Assembly (NCBI GenBank): GCA_031835245.2
Contig: JAVKOQ020000056.1
Span: 62,001-126,000 of the forward strand
DNA from: Balamuthia mandrillaris
Lineage: Eukaryota
Direction of reading: 5' to 3'
Length of the DNA stretch: 64,000 nt
The first letter of the stretch is position 1. Each line of letters starts with the position of its first letter. The translations under genes were made by a program, and so were the position numbers. Shown one piece after another: positions 1-14,613 of this stretch. The notes under the pieces were generated by a model, which saw nothing but the letters and a program-made list of their open reading frames with translations, had not been told where the DNA came from and did not search any database.

Positions 1-1261
1 TTGACAGAAGATGGCAAGATACTGGATTACGTTCGTTTAGGTCGTAGTAAAGGTAACATCTCTCTTTCGTTCTCTCTCGCTATAACACACAAACTCACGT
101 TGTTCAATGAACAGCGTTTAAGCGCTATGTACAACAAACAGCGGAACTTCAACGTGTTAATATTACAGACATTACAAGAGAAGAAAAAGTGATTTTACAT
201 CCTTTCCTCTCCTCTGCGCTTCTCTTCTTTTACTCATATCTCTTTTTGAATGACAGATGGCGTTTTTCATCAACATATACAACGCTTTGGTGGTGCACGC
301 GACAGTGATCGGTGGCTCTCCATCCAGCTCATGGCAACGCTCAAAGTTTTTCAATAAGATGAGTTATTTGATCGGTGGACAAGTCTTTTCTCTCAACGAT
401 ATCGAACACGGTTTGTCTGTTTCTTTCTTGTCGTCACTTTCTCTTCTTTCTTCTTTGTTTCTTCTTTGTGTCTTCTTTCTTTTGCTTCTTATCATGCTGA
501 TACACAAATGCAGGCGTATTGCGAAGCAACAAACGACCGCCGAGCGGCATCTTTCGTCAGTTTGGCCGGAACGATCCTCGTTTGCCCGCCATTCTGAACC
601 CTCCCGACCCTCGCGTGCACTTTGCATTGGTGTGCGGCGCCAAAAGTTGTCCCTCCATCAAAACATATAGTCCAGAAAACATTGACGAGGCTCTTGATAT
701 TGCTACTATGGTTTGTGGTCTTTTCGTTCTTATTTGTCGTTTCTTGTGGTTTCTTATCGTTTCTTTCTTTCTTTCTTATCGTTTCTTGTCGTTTCTTGTC
801 GTTTCTTATCGTTTCTTTCTTGTCGTTTCTTTCTTTCTTTCTTTCTTTCTTGTCGCTTCTTTCTTTCTTGTCGTTTCTTTCTTGTCGTTTCTTTCTTTCT
901 TTCTTGTCCTTTCTTTCTTTCTTGTCGTTTCTTTCTTTCTTTCTTTCTTTCTTGCTTTCTTGCTTTCTTTGCTGTAGTATACTTAAGCGATGTTTTATTT
1001 TAACCATAAAATGTGTAACCTTATAAATAGGCGTTCTTTGAGGATGGTGGTTGCGTGCTTATCCCTTCGCGGAGAGAAATCAGTCTCTCCAAGCTGTTGC
1101 AATGGTACAAATGCGACTTTGGGAAGAGCGAGGAGGAGATGTTGCGGTGGATCAGTCGGTACTTACCTCCCCCGAGCCGCGCCACTTTGGAGCGTTGGCT
1201 GGCGGAGGAGAACTACAAACTGACCTATCAATCCTACGACTGGACTCCCAATGCAAAATAG
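1..1261 (+). CDS. DUF547-domain protein, 3' part (5' end outside window), multi-exon
   Basis: Predicted exons 1-52, 115-188, 257-410, 514-710 and 1031-1261 with GT-AG introns. The joined peptide has DUF547 hallmarks AFFINIYNALVVH, FSLNDIEHGVLR, DPRVHFALVCGAKSCP, LSKLLQWYKCDF and YDW. Confidence 0.85.
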
Positions 1262-1375
1262 ACTCCACAAACAAGAAAAGCTGAAGACAAGACGGAAGAT
1301 GGCGAGCATTACACTTTGTTGAAACGTCGCCAAACAATTACCTTTTATAATGTATTATTCATAATGCGTGTGCTG

Positions 1376-1413
<38 letters not shown>

Positions 1414-1736
1414 AAAGAGTTGCAACAACATAAAGCAGGAGGAACAGGAGCAAGAGCTTGTTTTTGAAGTTACTTTAGTTCAGATTAGGTTACCCTATCA
1501 TGACCAAAACGCCACCGAAAGCGTTGGGCATTCAAGTGTGTTGGTTCGAATGAGATTCTCCGACCAGGCAAACTAAGGAGCGTGTTTCAAAGCCCCATCG
1601 GTCGTCTTATGCGTTTGGCGCAAGTCGAATACAGACCCTTGCATCTTCTTTCTTCCCTCTTTCCTCTAGTCTCTTCTCTAGTCTCTCTCTCTTTACTATC
1701 TTGGGCCTTTTTGGCTTTTAAAGGAGAAACATAGGA

Positions 1737-3655
1737 ATGACGCTTCGCAGGTGAAGTGAAGAACACCTTTCTAGCTCATGCTGTTCCACGTTACTGACTC
1801 ATGACTGTTTGTGTACGCTTGCAGGTGGTTCAGATGGATCATCCTCTCTGGGTGCTTGTTTCTTGTGCTCCTGTTCTTCAACACCCGGTCGGACCCGCCT
1901 CGCAACGCAGTCTCGCCCACCCCTTCGATCCACTCTTTTGCTCCTCCGCCTGGCAATGTTTACTACACTGACCTCTCGTACTCTGCCGATTCTTCTCATC
2001 GCCATCCTTCTTCTTCCTCTTCTTCCTCCACTCGTTCTGCTTCACCATCTTCCACTCGCTCTGCTTCTCCTCCGTCGAAACCTGACCCCAACTTTTGCCT
2101 GTACGAAAGCGGCACAAAGGCCATCGCCACCGCCTCCTCCAAGAACCACTACCTCAACCTCCTCTGGCTGTTGGCCACCGTGCGCCTCCACGAGCCCACC
2201 GTGCCCATCTACGTCTACGACCTGGGGCTGGAGGACCGCACTCCCCACGTGCAGGCCCTCTCCCTCCTCTCCTCCGGCCTCATCCGGTACTGCCCCTTCC
2301 CCTACCACCTCTACCCCGCCTACCTCAACGTCTCCATCAAGGCCGGGGAGTACGCCTGGAAGCCGGTCATCATCGAGCGCGTCCTCTCCCTCCACAACTA
2401 CGTCATCTGGCTGGACGCCGGCGATGTGCTCTACCAGCCCTTGCAGGGCAGCTGGGAGCTGCTGGAGGAGACGGGCTTCCTCTCCACCGACTCGGGCGGG
2501 ACCGTCACCCAATGGACCCACCCTGGGGTGTTCCGCTACCTGGGCATCTCGGACGAGGTGGTGGAGAGGCTGTCCCTCATCCCCAACTGCAATGCCGCCT
2601 ACCTCGGCTTCGGCAGGGAGAGGAGCTACCGGCAGCTGGTCCTGCCCTGGGTGCGCTGCGCCCTGGTGAGGGAGTGCATCGCCCCGGAGGGCAGCAGCAG
2701 GGCCAACCACAGGCAGGACCAGGCTGTGCTGACGGTGCTGGTCTACACCTCGGACCCGGCCTTGCAGTTCCGCTGCGGCGCCTACGACAACTCCGTCACC
2801 ATACACAACGATGGCAGGGTGCTCAACGTCGAGCAGCTCTTTCGCATGCCGTTTCCCATCTCCCTGCATGGCATGGCGAGCTTCAGGGCCGCCTCCTCTT
2901 CCTCTTCGCCCTCCTCGTCGTTCTCTCTTTCCTCCTCCGCGTTGGCCTCCATGAAGACCTCCTCGGCTGTGGCCACCGGGTTGGACTTCTTGGGAGTGAT
3001 GATGACGATGGTGGCCACGCCGTGGGACCCCGTCACCTTCCTCGGTCTCGGTGGAGAGCACCCCGCCGCTCGTGGCAACGCCCTGGCCGTTTGCCTGCTG
3101 GGTCCTTTGTGCGAGCTCACCATCGTGGGGGCTGGCCCTCCTGCCTCCTCCTCCCCGTCCTCCTCCAGCATGGCTCTCCTTCCTCTGCTGCAACAGCTGC
3201 AGCCCAAGCCGCGGAACCTGGCCAGAGAGGCAAAGGAAGGAGAGTTAGTGGACTGGAGTCACTCGAGAAACGACACCGGCGCCCAGCCTTTGCTCTACTA
3301 TCGCCCCGCCAAAGGGGCGAGCAAAGGCTGGCCTTTGTTGGGAGAGAACAGGGTGAGGCCCTGCAACCTCGTTTACCTCTCGATGAGAGCGGGCAGGGAG
3401 CGAGCGCGGCTGGAGCTGGGGCAGGTGTTGGCCGGCGGTCTGCTGGCCTACAGCAAGTTCTACTTCTCGTGGACGGTGTTTTGGGACCATGTGGAGGGGG
3501 AGGAGGACCTGGAGGCCGTTCGGCAGATGGCAGAGGTGCTGCGGCACGGAGGCTCCGACTTTCACTTCACGACGGTGAGCTTCGAGGGGGACACTCGCGT
3601 GGCGGTGGCAACAACACACTCTGCAGAAAACATCGCCGCAATGTTGCGGCAGTAA
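1737..3655 (+). CDS. Type II membrane DUF1647-like (glycosyltransferase-like) protein
   Basis: ATG at 1737 with a short intron 1751-1824 gives MTLRRWFRWIILSGCLFLVLLFF (signal anchor), then a Ser-rich stem. Motifs IYVYDLGL, YAWKPVII, IWLDAG and HRQDQAVL resemble DUF1647. The long exon has high-GC coding bias. Confidence 0.65.
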
Positions 3656-3690
3656 AGCCTTTCTCTCTCTGTAAAAATTCTTTTTAATGT

Positions 3691-3725
<35 letters not shown>

Positions 3726-3873
3726 ACAGAAGAGGGAAAGTGAAAGAGAAGAGAACGGGAGAATAAAGAAAGGTGTAAGCCCACAGCGACAATTTCTCTT
3801 ATTCCACACGAGCAGAGAGAAAAACAAAGAAAACGAAGCACAAGTTGAATTTGTCCCTCAACAAAAAACCAAC

Positions 3874-5014
3874 TTAAGCGCTCTTCATCTGCTTGAGTTC
3901 CCTCTTCATGCGGTGTTCCTGCTCCTGAAGGATGTTGGCCCGCACTCCCCTCCTGCGAGGCAGAGAGATGACGTTGTCGTTGCCAGCGCCAATGATGAAG
4001 ACGTTGGAAGAACGGGTGGCGAAGGTCTGGCCAGCAGCATCCTTCACGTGAATGATATCCCAATCACCGTCGTGCTTCTCGCGGTGCTCGATGATACCAA
4101 TACGACCGGTGTTACGACCGCCGGTCACCATAACCAAGTTACCGGTGTCATACTTGATGAAGTCGACAATCTTGCCCTAAAAATAAAAGAAAAATAAGAA
4201 AAAAAGGCGTAAGGAAAGAGAATGAGAGTCGAAGAGGGTGAAGATTAAAACGTACAGTCTCCAAATCGATCTTGACAGAGTCGTTGATCTTGATCAAAGG
4301 ATCGGGGTAGCGGATGGTCCTTCCGTCGTGTGTGACAATGTAAGGGATGGCCTTCTTGCCAATGGAAACGCGCACAACCTTGGCCAATTTGAACTTGGCT
4401 TCCTCAGGCGTAATGCCGTGGAGGGCGAACCTACCCTTGGTGTCATACATAAGGCGGTAGTGCTCGTTGGTCTTCTCAATGGTGAGCACGTCTGTTCGAG
4501 AAAAAAAAGACGTTAATCAACGTCATAAAAAAATGGATATGAACAAAAAGGAAGAGATAAAGAAAAGTTTCAAGGAAAGGGGAAGGTACCCATCACGCCA
4601 ACGGGGAAGGTGTTGTCAGTCCTGACCTTGCCGTCAATCTTGATGAGGCGCTGCATGAGGATGGAGGTAACCTCCTTGCCGGTAAGGGCATACTTCAGGC
4701 GGTTCCTCAACAAGATGACGAGGGGGCAAGATTCGCGCATCTTGTGGGGACCAGAGCTGGTTTTGGGGGCGAACACGCCACCCATCTTATCCAACATCCA
4801 GTTGTGAGGGGCATTAAGCCTCTTCAGGTGCTTCTTGGGTCCGCGGGGCTGCACAGATCATCGACCAACAAAAAATACAATCAGAACCACGATCACCACC
4901 CGGCAAACAGATGATCATCGACGCACAACGACGACAAACAAAGACAAGGGGAAAGGCCACACACAAAGGAGCAGAGAAAGAGAGAGGGTCCGGTCAGAGA
5001 AGGAGACGCACCAT
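3874..5014 (-). CDS. RPS4: 40S ribosomal protein S4 (eS4), 4 exons
   Basis: ATG-only first exon (5012-5014) and intron 4849-5011. Peptide [21 protein letters not shown]...[10 protein letters not shown]...[12 protein letters not shown]...[11 protein letters not shown] is characteristic of eS4. Confidence 0.97.
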
Positions 5015-5553
5015 GATGTGTGGTGGGCGAGAGAACGGCTAGCGGGGGGAAGGGCCTTGAACTTTTTTCTGTGTAATGAAAGGAATAGAGGGGAGGAAGG
5101 ATGAGGGGATTGGGGGGAGCGCTGGAGAAAAAAATTCGCTGCCCGGCTGACGTCAACACAACCGGGGATTGGGTTTTAAAACTCCGAATAATCGAATGAC
5201 TCCTCTTTTAGATCGAAATTTCGGTCAGCTAACCGTTATTAGTCGACAAATATTAACATCCCAAAAGAAAATAAAATAAAAAAATAAAATAAAATAAAAA
5301 TAAAAATAAAATAAGAATAAAATAGGCGAAGAGGGAGCGTTTGTCTGAACAGCGAGCACACCACACACAAAAGTACGTACACCCTTCCTTTTGTTCGATT
5401 CATCCTCTCTATTTCCCCCTTTTTCGTGCGTGCGTGCATGTGTGAGTGGCAAAAAAAAAAAGATTTTTAAGCAGTGGATTTTAGTGCAGAATTTTTTTTT
5501 TGATTGACACACACAAATAATACTATATTTTTTCTTTGTTTAAAAAAAAAAAG

Positions 5554-6087
5554 ATGGCCGAAGTACCCTACAAGAAGAGAAAGGACAGAGCCGAGGACGA
5601 GGAGGAGGAGGAAGACGAGGAAGAGGAGGAGGAGGACGAGGAGGAGGAAGAGGAGGCAGAACAGAACGGCAAAGGCAACCACACAAAGGACGAGGAAGAG
5701 GAGGAGGAGGAGGAGAGGAAGCCCGCGACGGCGGCAGAGCAGGAGCCAAAGAAAAGGGGCAGAGGGCGTCCCCGCGGCAGCACAAAGAGGGGCAGAGGCA
5801 GGCCCAGAGGTAGCACCTCCTCCACCCCCCGAGGGGGCGGCACCTCCACCAGAGGAGGCAGCACCTCTGCCAGAGGCACCGGCAGACCGCGAGGCAGACC
5901 CAAGAAAATCGTGAAAGAAGGCGAGAGTGCTGCCGCCGCTAGCAAGTCCTCTTCCTCCTCTTCCACTTCCACTTCCACTTCTTCCAGCACCACAGCGACC
6001 GGCGACGCCCCTGTAAAGCGAGGAAGGGGCAGGCCCAAAGGAAGCGGCAAGAAGACGCGTGGCACTGCCACCTCCACTGCCAATTAA
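5554..6087 (+). CDS. AT-hook (HMGA-like) chromatin protein with acidic tract
   Basis: Intronless ORF with repeated GRP AT-hooks (KRGRGRPRGS x2, GRPRGRPKK, KRGRGRPKGS) and a poly-Glu segment. Divergent from RPS4. Confidence 0.8.
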   Translation: MAEVPYKKRKDRAEDEEEEEDEEEEEEDEEEEEEAEQNGKGNHTKDEEEEEEEERKPATAAEQEPKKRGRGRPRGSTKRGRGRPRGSTSSTPRGGGTSTRGGSTSARGTGRPRGRPKKIVKEGESAAAASKSSSSSSTSTSTSSSTTATGDAPVKRGRGRPKGSGKKTRGTATSTAN

Positions 6088-6580
6088 GTCAACCGCACAC
6101 ATTTTAAAAAAAAACTCATCACTTCAACGCTCAATCAAATCCAATCGATCACTCCTATCTGCACCCGCTCGAGCAACAACAACGACCTCACGAACACACA
6201 TTCAAAAAAAAAACACCCATTTGATTGCCCTTCCTACACTCTCCTCGTCTACCTTCTTCTATCTCCCCTGAGAGCGGTGAAGCGGACACAAAGAGCTCAA
6301 ACGTTTTCTTTCTTTCTTCTTCTTCTTTCCTTTTTTATTTGTTCACTTCCTCCACTCAGCTCTGCTTCTTCTTCCTCTTCACCATCTCGCCCAACAAGAA
6401 ACGACATAAAAATATATATTTTACAAGAGGAAGCAAGACGCCTACTCTCCTCTCCTTCCCGTTCTTTAACTGTTAACTCTTTTTCTCTACTATGTTTTTT
6501 TTTGTAATACCATTAGCCAAACGTACATAGCTCCTCTCTCTCTCCTTTCTGATGCTCTCATTCTCTCACCTCTTTCAATT

Positions 6581-6620
<40 letters not shown>

Positions 6621-6746
6621 TCTTCGTCGTTCTCTTCTCCTCTTTTCTTTTCATCACTCCCTTCATCGTTCCTTTGCCTCTGCTTGACTGCTTCTTTGCT
6701 GCTCTTCTCTTCTGGTTCTCTCATGCTCTCTATCCTCTTCTCTCTC

Positions 6747-6791
<45 letters not shown>

Positions 6792-6917
6792 CCAAACAAA
6801 AAGTCAAAAAAAAAAGAATCAACTATGCGTACAATAGCAACCGACATTATGTTCCATCTTGTGGTCCTTCCTTCCTTCTCTTTCTTTCCTCCTCCTCTTC
6901 TTCTTCCTTTCTCTTTC

Positions 6918-7172
6918 TCACTTTGCTCTTTCTTTGAGGAAAGAAAGAGGAGCAAGCCCAATGTTGCCGTTGAGCTCGCCGTAGACCCATTCCTCGTCCC
7001 AAGGACCCCACACGCAGATGACGTCCCCTGTCCTGAGGTAGAGCTCTCGCTGGGCGTCCTGAGCGTCGTAGTCGTAGATGGCTTCCATCTCGTAGGTCGG
7101 CTCTACCACGCTGGTATCCTCCTGTTGTTGTTCATTCCACAGGTAAAAGGCTTTTAGAAGAAAGAAGCGAAG

Positions 7173-7258
<86 letters not shown>

Positions 7259-7709
7259 AGAGGAGGAGGGAAGACGAACGGGAAAGACTTCATCCACATG
7301 AGCAATGGCGAGTTCGGTGATGGTGAGGATGTCGGCGTGGCTGGCGGAGAGCATGCCGCTGTTCTCGTCACGAATGATGTTAGGACCAAAGACGGTGGCC
7401 AAGTTGCTGGTGCCCTGTTTGTTGCTTCATCGTTAGTCCTCTCTTTCTCTCAACGTAAAGATAAGAAAAAAAGATTGCAAAGAGGAGGAGGAAAGCGGCA
7501 CCATTTTGTTGAACTCCTCTTGCTTGGCCACTTTAGCCAAAAAGTGGAAGAGGGTGTGAAGGAGGGCGGCATTGTCCGCGGGCAGAGAGCCCGGCAACAT
7601 CGCACGCAGGTACTCCACTTGTAGCTCCTTGTCGTCCTCCAGTTCTTTTGCAAGCAAAGCAAAGTATAAGTTTCTGAAGCAACAAAAGAAAGGAGAAGAG
7701 AGAAGAGCA

Positions 7710-7745
<36 letters not shown>

Positions 7746-8585
7746 GAGAAGAAGAATGTACTCGTTGCAGCCAGGAGACGCTTGTTCATGTGCTCCGGCA
7801 CAACAGCCTCGGGAAGCTCACGGAAGAACAGTTTGAGCAAGCTGGCAATGGTGTGAGGGTCCAGAATGTCGTCCAGCTCGTACTCCTGCATGGTGTCCAC
7901 CCTCTCCTTGACCTTGTTGACATCGGACACTCCTCCCGAGATACGGAAAAGGCCTTCTTCCTTTACTGAAGTAACGCAGAGCAGATGGTATTTGTTTAGC
8001 TTTCACAGGAATAGAAGAAGAAGTAGAAGAAGAAGAAGAACAAGAAGAACAACAAGAAGAAGAAGATGAACAAGAAGAAGAACGTACAGTAGTTTTGGAG
8101 ATAGCTGATGGCTTTGGTGACAAATACGGGAACGGTAGGTCGTGGAGTCTCTCTATCCAACACTTTCTTGAGCGGCTCCCCGAATGTCTTCCACTGTTGT
8201 TTTGGTCGTGAACCAGAGTGAGAAGAGAGACGAGAGAACATAGAAGACAGAAGAAGCTTACCGGAGAGTCTACCACAGAGGGAGAACGTCCAGAGCGACC
8301 ACCAGGCGTAATAGGAACGCCACCAAAGGTGGAAAAGGCACGCCCACCAAAGCTGGATTTCCGCTGGTCGATGACGGAGCTTGCAACGTAGTTGCCTGCC
8401 GAGTCCACAAACTCTCTCCGTTTCTTTTGTTGCGAGTGTTAGAAGGCAGAACAATAGTCATGCCCGTTATATAGAAGAAGAAGAACAAGAAGAACAAGAA
8501 GACAAAGAAGAAGAAGAACAAGAAGAACAAGAAGAAGAACAAGAAGAAGAAAGAACAAAAGAACAAGAACAAGAACAAGAACAAG

Positions 8586-8680
<95 letters not shown>

Positions 8681-8697
8681 GCAACAAGAAGAACAAG

Positions 8698-8729
<32 letters not shown>

Positions 8730-9472
8730 GAAGAAGAAGAAGAAGACGTACAATTTGAGCTTGGTTTCTGGCCTCTTTTACTACCGGTTCCATCTTCTTC
8801 AACATGGCGAGACATTCCTCAAAGAGCTGGATGTGTCCCTCCATGTAATGGGAGCAGGTGTTGATGAGCTCAAAGTGCTTGCGCTCCTCCACCTCCCTCA
8901 GCTTTTGGATGGTTTCAATCTCCAGGTCTCTCAACGTGTTCTCCAGTTGCTCCGCGGAGGACTTGCGTTCGCCCGGCATGACGACCTCCGAGTCCTTTCT
9001 GTTGGCATCGTACTGCAGGCGCACTCTGTCGTACTTGGACTTGAGGTTGTGCGCGTTGGTGATGTGGCCCGTTTTGAAGCGAGTGAGCGGCTCCCCAAAG
9101 AGAGCTGCAGCATTCGGGTCCTATATAGCAAGGTGAAACAGAACAAGTTAGGGGTGCCTCTCAATGCAGGAGACAGAAGAGAGAGAGGAGAAGAGGAGAG
9201 AAGAGAGAGAGGAGAGAAGAGAGAGACGAAGAAGAACGAGAAGAGGAAGCACAAGAAGAAGAGAGGCATACCTTGGATTCCAAAGCTTTGCCGAGGTTTT
9301 GCAGAGCGGCTCCGTACTGAACGACGGTGGAGCCGAGAGGCTCTGACTCAAACGAGCCAAACCCGTTCAGCGCTTCTCCCATCTGTTGTGAAGCTTGCGC
9401 AAAGCCTTTGTTATGGTTTTTTTTGTTTGTTGGTTAGTGCTATGACGCTAGCGAAACAGAAGAGAAGGCAGT

Positions 9473-9517
<45 letters not shown>

Positions 9518-10418
9518 GAAGAAGAAGAAGAAGAAGAAGAAGAAGAAGAAGAAGAAGAACAAGAAGCAGAAGAGTACGAACCAACAAGGGCCAATTGTGC
9601 TTTTTTAGAGGCCTTGACAAGAACTTTAATGTTCTTTTCGGTGTTCTTCAATCTCTGTGTTAGCAGCCATCGGGGAGGAGCGTTAGAACCAACCAACAAA
9701 GAACTAACCAAGAACAGGAAACCAGAGAGAGAGAGAGCGAGAGAGAAAAGTGAGAGAGGAGAAAGAGACGAACATTGCTCATGTCGGTGATTTCAGGGTT
9801 GATGGAAAGGTTAAGCTGGGAGTCGCCGTCGACGGCGCCTCCCTCCGTGCCGGCGCCGCCCTCCTTCTTGACCTTGGCCAGCCGCTCCTTGGCGTACTGC
9901 CTGCCCACCCTCATCTTGCCGGTGGTGCTCTTGGCCAGCTTCTTGCTGCGCAGGGTGAAGTTGCTGACCATGGAGCCCTTGCCCTCCTTGCCGGCGGGGC
10001 GGGCGGCCCGCTCGCTGGAGCTGGTGGGGCTGTTCAGCGGGGAGCCCTGGTCGAAGGAGGGCCGCCTGCGGGGGCTCTCGGGGGAGGAGGAGGAGCTGCC
10101 GGGGGTGGGGGAGCCCGGCGGGGAAGGGGCGTGAGGCGGGGCGTGCGGGGGCAGGGGGAAGAGGGAAGGGGAGGAGGCGGAGAAGCCGCCGGGGATGTAG
10201 GCCGTGGCGGGCCTGCCGCCGGCGGGGCCGAAGGAGTTGACCCGTTTGAGGGTGCTGGCGCCGGAGGGGGGCAAGGGATAGCCCGGCAACGGGCCGGAGC
10301 CGCTGCCTGGCAAGGGTCCTCCGCCGCCGGTGAGGTCATCCATGGATCCGCTGGAAATGGCACGGGCGGTGAGGTTGCCTCGCAGCTCTCTTCCAGGGGG
10401 TTGGGGTCGGTTGGCCAT
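6918..10418 (-). CDS. BAR-RhoGAP-SH3 protein, multi-exon
   Basis: Pro/Ser-rich N-terminus and helical BAR-like exons (RLQYDA). RhoGAP motifs FGEPL, EGLFRISG (Arg finger), DPHTIASLLKLFFRELPE and NLATVFGPNI. C-terminal SH3 AIYDYDAQ...EEWVYGELNGNIGLAPLSFL. Confidence 0.88.
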
Positions 10419-11140
10419 GATCGTTTCTTTATAGGGTTTATATAGATGTAAATATAATAATTGTTTAAAAAAAAATAAGAAGAAGTTCAAAGTTTGACTT
10501 TGCTGTCGTCCTTCTTCTTGCTTCTCTCTCTCTTTTTTTTCCTTCTTCTTATGTTCTCGTTGTTCTTTGAAAAAACAAAAACAAAAAAAGGGGAGCTATA
10601 ACGATTTTTTTTTAAAACCCCAGCAGATAAGAGAAGAGAGAAAGAAAGGAAAAAAAAAAAGAACACACAACGGTAACAATCCAAAGCTTCCCTTCCCCCC
10701 TTCTTCTTTCTTTGTCGTCTGACCAGAGACAGAATAAAGTCTCTCTTTTTTGTTTTTGCTTTAAGGTTTAATAAATTAAAAGAAAAATAAATGTACAAAA
10801 AAATAAAGCAGAAGAGATAAAATGCATTACCGCCAAATAATTAATTGCATCGAGGTGTTCATTTTTTGCCCATTTATTGCACCATTTGTGCAGCATTTTA
10901 TTGATTCTCATGTCGTCATGGTTACCCTTGGTAACGAACCCTACCCAAACCCTAATGATAACCCTAACCTTAATTTTAACAACAAATCTTCCATAAATAG
11001 AAGGTGTCGTTTCGCACAACAAGAGAGCGGTCCAAGGGGAACAGGAAGAAAGAGCGGGAGACTCTGTTCGCATCACAGAGCAACACAAGAAGTAGCAGAA
11101 GAAGGAGAAACGGGAGTGGAGGAGATACACAAGGAAAGGA

Positions 11141-11797
11141 ATGTCGGGAACGACGTGTCAACCGTTTGCGTTTTTGAGGCTCACCCATGAGGCCTTCAGG
11201 GCGTCCATGACCGGACTGGGGGAGGCGCTCTCCTCGGCCAGCGCCACCGTGGAAGAATTTGAGCAGAGGCTTATTCCCTTGCTGCAGGCCTGCCAGCTGC
11301 ACTTGGAGCAGGAAGAACGTGTGTTCTACGTCAGAGTAGGAGAGAAGGACCCTGGGCTCTGCTCTCCTTTTTCTTTGGAACACGTGGCGGACATTAACGA
11401 ACGAGAGCAACTGAAAACAAGTCTGACGAAAGCAAAGACTGAGGGAGATGGTGAGCACTTGGAAGCTTTCAAGACCCTGCTTAAGGCATGGCTGGACAAC
11501 TGCCTCAAGCACCTTACTCACGAGGAGCAAGTTATGCAGCCCTTCCTTCAATCCCAGTACAAGTTCGAGGAGGCGTGTTCCGTTGTCAACGAGATCGTTC
11601 ATCTTGACTTGGAGCAAACCAAACAGATGCAAGTTCCTTTCGTTGTCCAGCTGCTCAACCCGCAACAGAGAGTTGGTTACCTATCGGCCCTCAAAGGGAG
11701 TGTTGGGGACGAGGTCTACGCGGACATCTCTTCTCACCTCGGCGCTTGCCTTTCTTCGGAGGCGAAAAGCTTTCTCCAAGAGAAAGGATTGCTTTGA
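11141..11797 (+). CDS. Hemerythrin-like (HHE cation-binding) protein
   Basis: Intronless 218-aa ORF with a THEAFR...HLEQEE...EH...HLTHEE metal-ligand pattern. Confidence 0.75.
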   Translation: MSGTTCQPFAFLRLTHEAFRASMTGLGEALSSASATVEEFEQRLIPLLQACQLHLEQEERVFYVRVGEKDPGLCSPFSLEHVADINEREQLKTSLTKAKTEGDGEHLEAFKTLLKAWLDNCLKHLTHEEQVMQPFLQSQYKFEEACSVVNEIVHLDLEQTKQMQVPFVVQLLNPQQRVGYLSALKGSVGDEVYADISSHLGACLSSEAKSFLQEKGLL

Positions 11798-11875
11798 AAG
11801 AAACAACATTTAATGTGGTTTTCTGTTCAGCTTTTTTCTTACCATGAAGTTGAGAGAACGATCATGACAGAACTT

Positions 11876-14419
<2,544 letters not shown>

Positions 14420-14613
14420 TGCTTTTGTCTCTCGTAATGTTTTCGACGAAGCAACAGCATATTTTTGTCGACAAATGTCACGACGACGTGAAAATGAAAT
14501 CTCTATTTCAAAAACCCAATCATAAATCATATCCGTTCACCTGATCGATCACGTCGACATTATTTTCCACCAATCAAAATTCATATTTTTTTTTTTCGTT
14601 TATCTTATTTTTT

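Noticed and set aside
492..1026. ORFs of poly-(FLS)/(KER) and many similar poly-L/C/E/Q ORFs across the window
   Set aside because: They are translations of intronic microsatellites, not genes.
2042..3687. Long overlapping alternative-frame and antisense ORFs over the DUF1647 gene (also over the kinase and CDS exons)
   Set aside because: Shadow ORFs caused by high GC3, with no recognisable motifs.
4849..5011. Possible C/D snoRNA in RPS4 intron 1 (CGATGAT...CTGA)
   Set aside because: Box C is non-canonical, the C-D distance is too short and there is no terminal stem.
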